A stretch of DNA of 63,040 bases, counting the filler, from Asterionella formosa (lineage: Eukaryota), in assembly GCA_002256025.1 (NCBI GenBank). It is 4 parts of 4 records of this genome, joined end to end, with 100 filler letters (N's around TTAATTAATTAA, not from the genome) between each part and the next. Parts side by side here need not be neighbours in the genome. Positions count along the whole stretch, not along the records: positions 47,366 to 63,040 come from NKIB01005327.1; 3 more parts are not named here. One strand, given 5' to 3'. The position numbers and the translations under genes are program-made. Below the pieces are notes generated by a model. The model was not told the DNA's origin and searched no databases. It saw only the letters and a program-made list of their open reading frames with translations. Position 1 is the first letter of the stretch. The number at the start of each line of letters is the position of its first letter. Of this stretch, positions 58,123-63,040 are shown piece by piece.

Positions 58123-58539
58123 TCAGTTTGGATCACAGCAAATTTCCCAACAACACAATATTGCCAATATATTACAAAGTGAACATCCACAGCAGCAATA
58201 CAACACAAATAGAATCACTAGTAGGAATGCAATGCCCGATACCGTTCCTATTTCAGCAGGACTCCAAGTCTTCATATCAAATTCGTTTCCTGGTAGTTGT
58301 CGTTGCTGGTTGGATGCAGTGATGGATCGTAGGTGACGAATTGCTGGTTCAGGTCTTGTTGTTGTCGTTGCTCTTGTGACAGAGTCAAGGGTTTGCAGAG
58401 AATGTTCTTGATGTTGATCGACATGTGCTTCTCCATTTTGTTGACTAATAATGCTCTGACCATGACATGGAAGTAGCAGAACCAGTAAGAACAGAAACAA
58501 CGCCTTCAAGGTCCGCTTGTAGAATGTAGAATTCATCAT
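58123..58539 (-). CDS. Small signal-peptide + TM protein with Cys-rich C-terminus
   Basis: Hydrophobic N-terminus; TM GIAFLLVILFVLY followed by CCCGCSLCNILAILCCWEICC. Confidence 0.65.
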   Translation of the reverse strand: MMNSTFYKRTLKALFLFLLVLLLPCHGQSIISQQNGEAHVDQHQEHSLQTLDSVTRATTTTRPEPAIRHLRSITASNQQRQLPGNEFDMKTWSPAEIGTVSGIAFLLVILFVLYCCCGCSLCNILAILCCWEICCDPN

Positions 58540-58629
58540 GCTGAACCTATACGTTTTGGTTATGTTATGACGGAGGAAAGGAAGCGTTCACAGAAATTAA
58601 ATTTATGAAAGTGGATATATCGGTACTGT

Positions 58630-59348
58630 NNNNNNNNNNNNNNNNNNNNNNNNNNNNNNNNNNNNNNNNNNNNNNNNNNNNNNNNNNNNNNNNNNNNNNN
58701 NNNNNNNNNNNNNNNNNNNNNNNNNNNNNNNNNNNNNNNNNNNNNNNNNNNNNNNNNNNNNNNNNNNNNNNNNNNNNNNNNNNNNNNNNNNNNNNNNNNN
58801 NNNNNNNNNNNNNNNNNNNNNNNNNNNNNNNNNNNNNNNNNNNNNNNNNNNNNNNNNNNNNNNNNNNNNNNNNNNNNNNNNNNNNNNNNNNNNNNNNNNN
58901 NNNNNNNNNNNNNNNNNNNNNNNNNNNNNNNNNNNNNNNNNNNNNNNNNNNNNNNNNNNNNNNNNNNNNNNNNNNNNNNNNNNNNNNNNNNNNNNNNNNN
59001 NNNNNNNNNNNNNNNNNNNNNNNNNNNNNNNNNNNNNNNNNNNNNNNNNNNNNNNNNNNNNNNNNNNNNNNNNNNNNNNNNNNNNNNNNNNNNNNNNNNN
59101 NNNNNNNNNNNNNNNNNNNNNNNNNNNNNNNNNNNNNNNNNNNNNNNNNNNNNNNNNNNNNNNNNNNNNNNNNNNNNNNNNNNNNNNNNNNNNNNNNNNN
59201 NNNNNNNNNNNNNNNNNNNNNNNNNNNNNNNNNNNNNNNNNNNNNNNNNNNNNNNNNNNNNNNNNNNNNNNNNNNNNNNNNNNNNNNNNNNNNNNNNNNN
59301 NNNNNNNNNNNNNNNNNNNNNNNNNNNNNNNNNNNNNNNNNNNNNNNN
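58630..59348. other. Scaffold gap (719 N)
   Basis: Run of N without the linker 12-mer. Confidence 0.98.
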
Positions 59349-59540
59349 TTCAATGTCTTTGAATCATATTATCGATCAGTTCTGCAAACATCACTTGATC
59401 ATACTTCCCAAGCAGAATATCGCGGTATACCACCTCCCGCTAGGTCCCATGTGCTCATAAACCCAAACGGAAAGAACCATTACTGTTCAGTGGGAGGTAA
59501 GGAAAAATACAACAGCAAGGAAAGGAACCAATAGAACAAC

Positions 59541-60402
59541 ATGGGAAATATCTGCACGAACGGTGACAACAACCCTGTTGACTTGAATGCTCAAATTGAG
59601 CAGCCACAGCCATTCACCCCAATGCTGCCAGTCCCAAAGGCGACAGATGCAATTTCTAACGAGCTTGCACTTGGAGCTGGATGCTATTGGGGGTAAGTAA
59701 AATGAAGTTGACATTTTCTACAATAGCCGTCATGCCGACGTATTCCCAGCCAATACACTAACTGAGCACGAACTCGCTTGCCTGCTCCAGAACGGAAAAG
59801 TTTGTGGTAAAGGGTAAGTCAAGATGCATAGCTTTGTTGCAGCCGTCTCGATTTCGTATCTTATTCCATTTCCTTATCCCAAATCCTCCTATCAATTACT
59901 AGACTTTCAGAAAAAGTTTCCCAACAGCATCAAAAAAGCAAGAGTTGGATTTATGGCCCCTGTTGCCAACCCACGTATCAGTAAACCGACGTATCACCAA
60001 GTTTGCTCAGGATCTTCAGGACATGTGGAAGTCCTTTACATTGAATTGAATGATCCACAAAAACACTTTGAAGAATTGATAAGGTTCTTTTTCCAATTTC
60101 ATGATCCAACCACACTCAACCGACAAGGCAATGATTCAGGATTTCAATATGCATCTTATATTTTCTGTAATGACGAGGAACAAACAGCCATTGCTCTCAA
60201 AGTAGGAGCAGAGCTACAAAATCATTTGGACAATGGAAGGATCAAAGCATTTTCTACCAAAAAGGTATCCACAAAGGTTGGGCCCATGAGGATGTTTACA
60301 GAAGCGGAAGCGGACCATCAGGGATACCTAATGAAGAATCCACATGGGTATTGCAATCACCGAATCCGATTCAAAGATTGGCCAGCACTATCACTGCATT
60401 AA
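59541..60402 (+). CDS. msrA: Peptide methionine sulfoxide reductase A; exons 59541-59692, 59791-59813, 59903-60402
   Basis: Splicing gives GAGCYWG|TEKFVVK|DFQKKFP; CSGSSGHVEV, HDPTTLNRQGND, AEADHQGYLMKNPHGYCNH. Confidence 0.92.
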
Positions 60403-61879
60403 TACTAGACTGCGCATTTCTAGTCGATGGTGCCTTATGGAACGACCTCACAGTCTTTATACTGATGCTCACAGCTCACAAGTATTTAGAAATCACCACC
60501 TATTTAACAACAAGAGCAAACATTTAGATCCGGGTCAGCATGGTAACAATTTTACTCCCTCCCACAACAAAAAATATCTGTCATATCTTCACCTGAAATC
60601 CTATAATTGATCAGTTTATATCATTCTCATCAATTCCTCTAAGTAGACTAGTCTACTGAAGTCTACCCTACTAGTACCTTTCAATAATGAGATTGATAGC
60701 ACTGTAAAATATCACTGCGAATCAAGTACTCCTTCTTGGTCTTTCCACTTATCATTATTTTAGAAACAAGCCAATCCATGGGCGATTCTGCTACATTCAA
60801 CTTATTCTCATATCCAGAGTGTCAAGTCCTTTAGTAAAATACAGCCTCACCATGATGGTATTTGATGCCCACATTATTACTAATGTTACAAAAGAATTAC
60901 TGGTTGCTTTGCTACAGTAATAGTACTACTCCCTTTTGGGAAAAAGCAGATGCAGCAATTTGCAGCAAGTCAAGTGCCAAGCAGCTTACTTTTAGGACGG
61001 CTTAGATAGAAACACACAATTTTTCTATGACAGGGTCGGCTCATTCGAATTTCTTACATGAGTTCATAGTTGTGAGTTTAAACTCTAGTTCTGTAATTAA
61101 AATAGTAGCACATAAATAAATCTCGAAAATAAGTTGAATAAAAAATGACACTCAACTGACTCCTAGAAACTAAAATAAATGGTAATGAGTTGCAGAAAGG
61201 ATCTGCTTGACAACATCAAAGTTGTTGATAATGTGATGGTTGTTGGTAGGGAGCCTAATGGCAAGAGATTCCTGCTGGGTTTCAATATGTAACAATGGTG
61301 AGAATTGCAAGTTCCACTATCCATGAGGAAAAATTGTGTTAAATGTTGGTAGAAAGGTCAATTTTAAACTTTCTCTCTCAATATAGTATATACCACCACA
61401 GTACATTGATCTGTAGCTTACATGATGCTGGGGCACATTATGGCAATTGAATTGGAGACATTGCTTGTGGAATCAAAAAAGTTTAATAATCACTGTGCAA
61501 AAGTTCAAGGTAGTACCAATAATGTCTACATTTAGTCTACAATATACTCCATGGTGAGGGGACCATAACATGGGAAGGGGTTACCTGGTACATAGACCCA
61601 TTCTATTCATTACTAATACTTGTTAATGTAGAATGATTTTGAGAATGTCGCAGCTAGATGTGCCTTTTTTATCGGCTCTGGGATAAATACAGAGGAATTT
61701 ATTTTACAAAATTATTTATGGTATGAGGCCATTGCTAACGGTGGACCAAAACGCCAACCAAACAGTGTTTTGGTTTCGGCAACCCTAAAAAACGATACTA
61801 TCGGGAGTGAAAAACCCAACGCAAATGCATCACATTTAGGGGATTCCATGCCATATCCCAATAAGTTACCCAAACTCAT

Positions 61880-61918
61880 TACATTTAGGTATTTTTTTTC
61901 CAAAGTTACCTAAATGTA
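61880..61918. repeat. Perfect 12-bp inverted repeat with 15-nt spacer
   Basis: TACATTTAGGTA ... TACCTAAATGTA. Confidence 0.8.
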
Positions 61919-63040
61919 GGATTCCATATTGACTACTTTGAATGTCGTCACTAGAAGCCCAATAATTTTCGTCGTAGAATCACTACATATAGGATGCATC
62001 ATATATCATATATATATACAACAATAGATAGATATACGGTACTCTGGTAATAGGTACCAGGGTACCACACTGGCAAGAACAACAACAACAACAGCAACAA
62101 CAACAAATTACTGTCTTCCCCTTGTTTCAATAACTGGTTGGAACATCATGCAGGTACTAAGAAACTATTCCTATTACTATGCTAGTATATAAATTTATAG
62201 ATGGATGCTTGTACCCGACAGGAGAGTAATTTGGCAATGTGCCATAACATACCATTTCGTTTCCTTGACTCATACTATTTCTTACTGGTATGTGGTAGCA
62301 AGGCATAGTTCAGCAGGTATTCCTAGCCACCATCAGGCTTTTCAGCATGACACCTCGTGTGTGAATTTTTGGAAGTGAGATGGGAAATGAAATTGTGTTC
62401 ATGCACATTCCTAGAAAACCCATTATTAGCCAGTATTGCGTTCAGTACAGAACGGATGGTCAATGAGTGCACGATTACATACAAAAAATGTATGTTTTTT
62501 TTTAACCGCTAGCATTTGTCGTATGGATGTCACATTTTTTTGACAACAAAGCGTACCGGTACTCACGTTTCGTTCGCCCTCTTCTCGAAATTTTCTATGG
62601 TAGACAACGAGGAGTTCCTACCTGCTCTTGCCCATCACGGTCATTTCTATTATGAGCGAACTCCGAGGCAGCTGAATCGTAGACATCGAGTCTGGATCCA
62701 TTCGGTTTCTGAAATAGCTCTCTATTTTGATTGGACAATCAATTTGTAACAATGACCCCGTTTCTATTTACCGGAAGATGGATGGGCAAATGAGAACCTT
62801 AGTCAGTGTTGCAAGGTCCCTTTGTCGCACCAATTCGTGAATTCCTTCAACTGGGATCAAGGAACTTCTTGTGTCTGTCTGTCATTGACCAACATATTCA
62901 TTTCAATCGATATTTCCTTAGGAGTATTTCTAAGGAGTCAATGTCGTACCACTTGTCGGGCCCAATGACTGGTGACGTGTAGAAATCATTTGATTGGCTA
63001 CATTAGCAATGACGACGTGTCTGCACTATTGGTAGCATTT

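Noticed and set aside
58565..59534. ORFs of 262 and 309 aa in the track
   Set aside because: They consist almost entirely of N bases.
5142..60402. Redox/Fe-S gene cluster (SOUL, IscU-like, GST, two MsrA, NFU-like)
   Set aside because: The genes are spread over three unlinked contigs and interspersed with unrelated genes.
1..63040. tRNA or rRNA genes
   Set aside because: None recognised by eye; tRNAscan-SE/Infernal would be needed to exclude them.

Overview
Eukaryotic nuclear DNA, most likely from a diatom (inferred from signal peptide + ASAFAP-like plastid-targeting motifs, short GT-AG introns and diatom-type TE relics). The window is not one locus. Three identical 100-bp linkers (44 N + TTAATTAATTAA + 44 N) join four contigs of descending size (15697, 15686, 15682, 15675 bp), so adjacency across linkers is meaningless. 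Contig 1: two hypothetical proteins, a plastid SOUL protein, a divergent IscU-like protein, a large PPR protein and a decayed pogo-like transposase. Contig 2: a Crypton-like GCR1_C relic, GST, ISWI with extra domains, plastid MsrA, a mitochondrial carrier and MUS81. Contig 3 (TE-rich): Copia and Harbinger relics, two glycosyltransferase-like genes (one frameshifted), an AUH-like hydratase and a 1.44-kb long-TIR element. Contig 4: an NFU-like protein lacking CxxC, NDUFC2, a ~1970-aa internally repeated protein with a degenerate SNF2 lobe, a Tcp11-family protein, a small Cys-rich membrane protein and a putatively acylated MsrA. Most notable: (1) a HIP1-like highly iterated palindrome family TACCGGTA/TACCWGGTA in non-coding DNA of all four contigs; (2) an intron apparently created from coding sequence in one copy of an internal repeat; (3) an HMG-ISWI-Cys4-WHD fusion. 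All family assignments come from motif recognition by eye, not from database searches.
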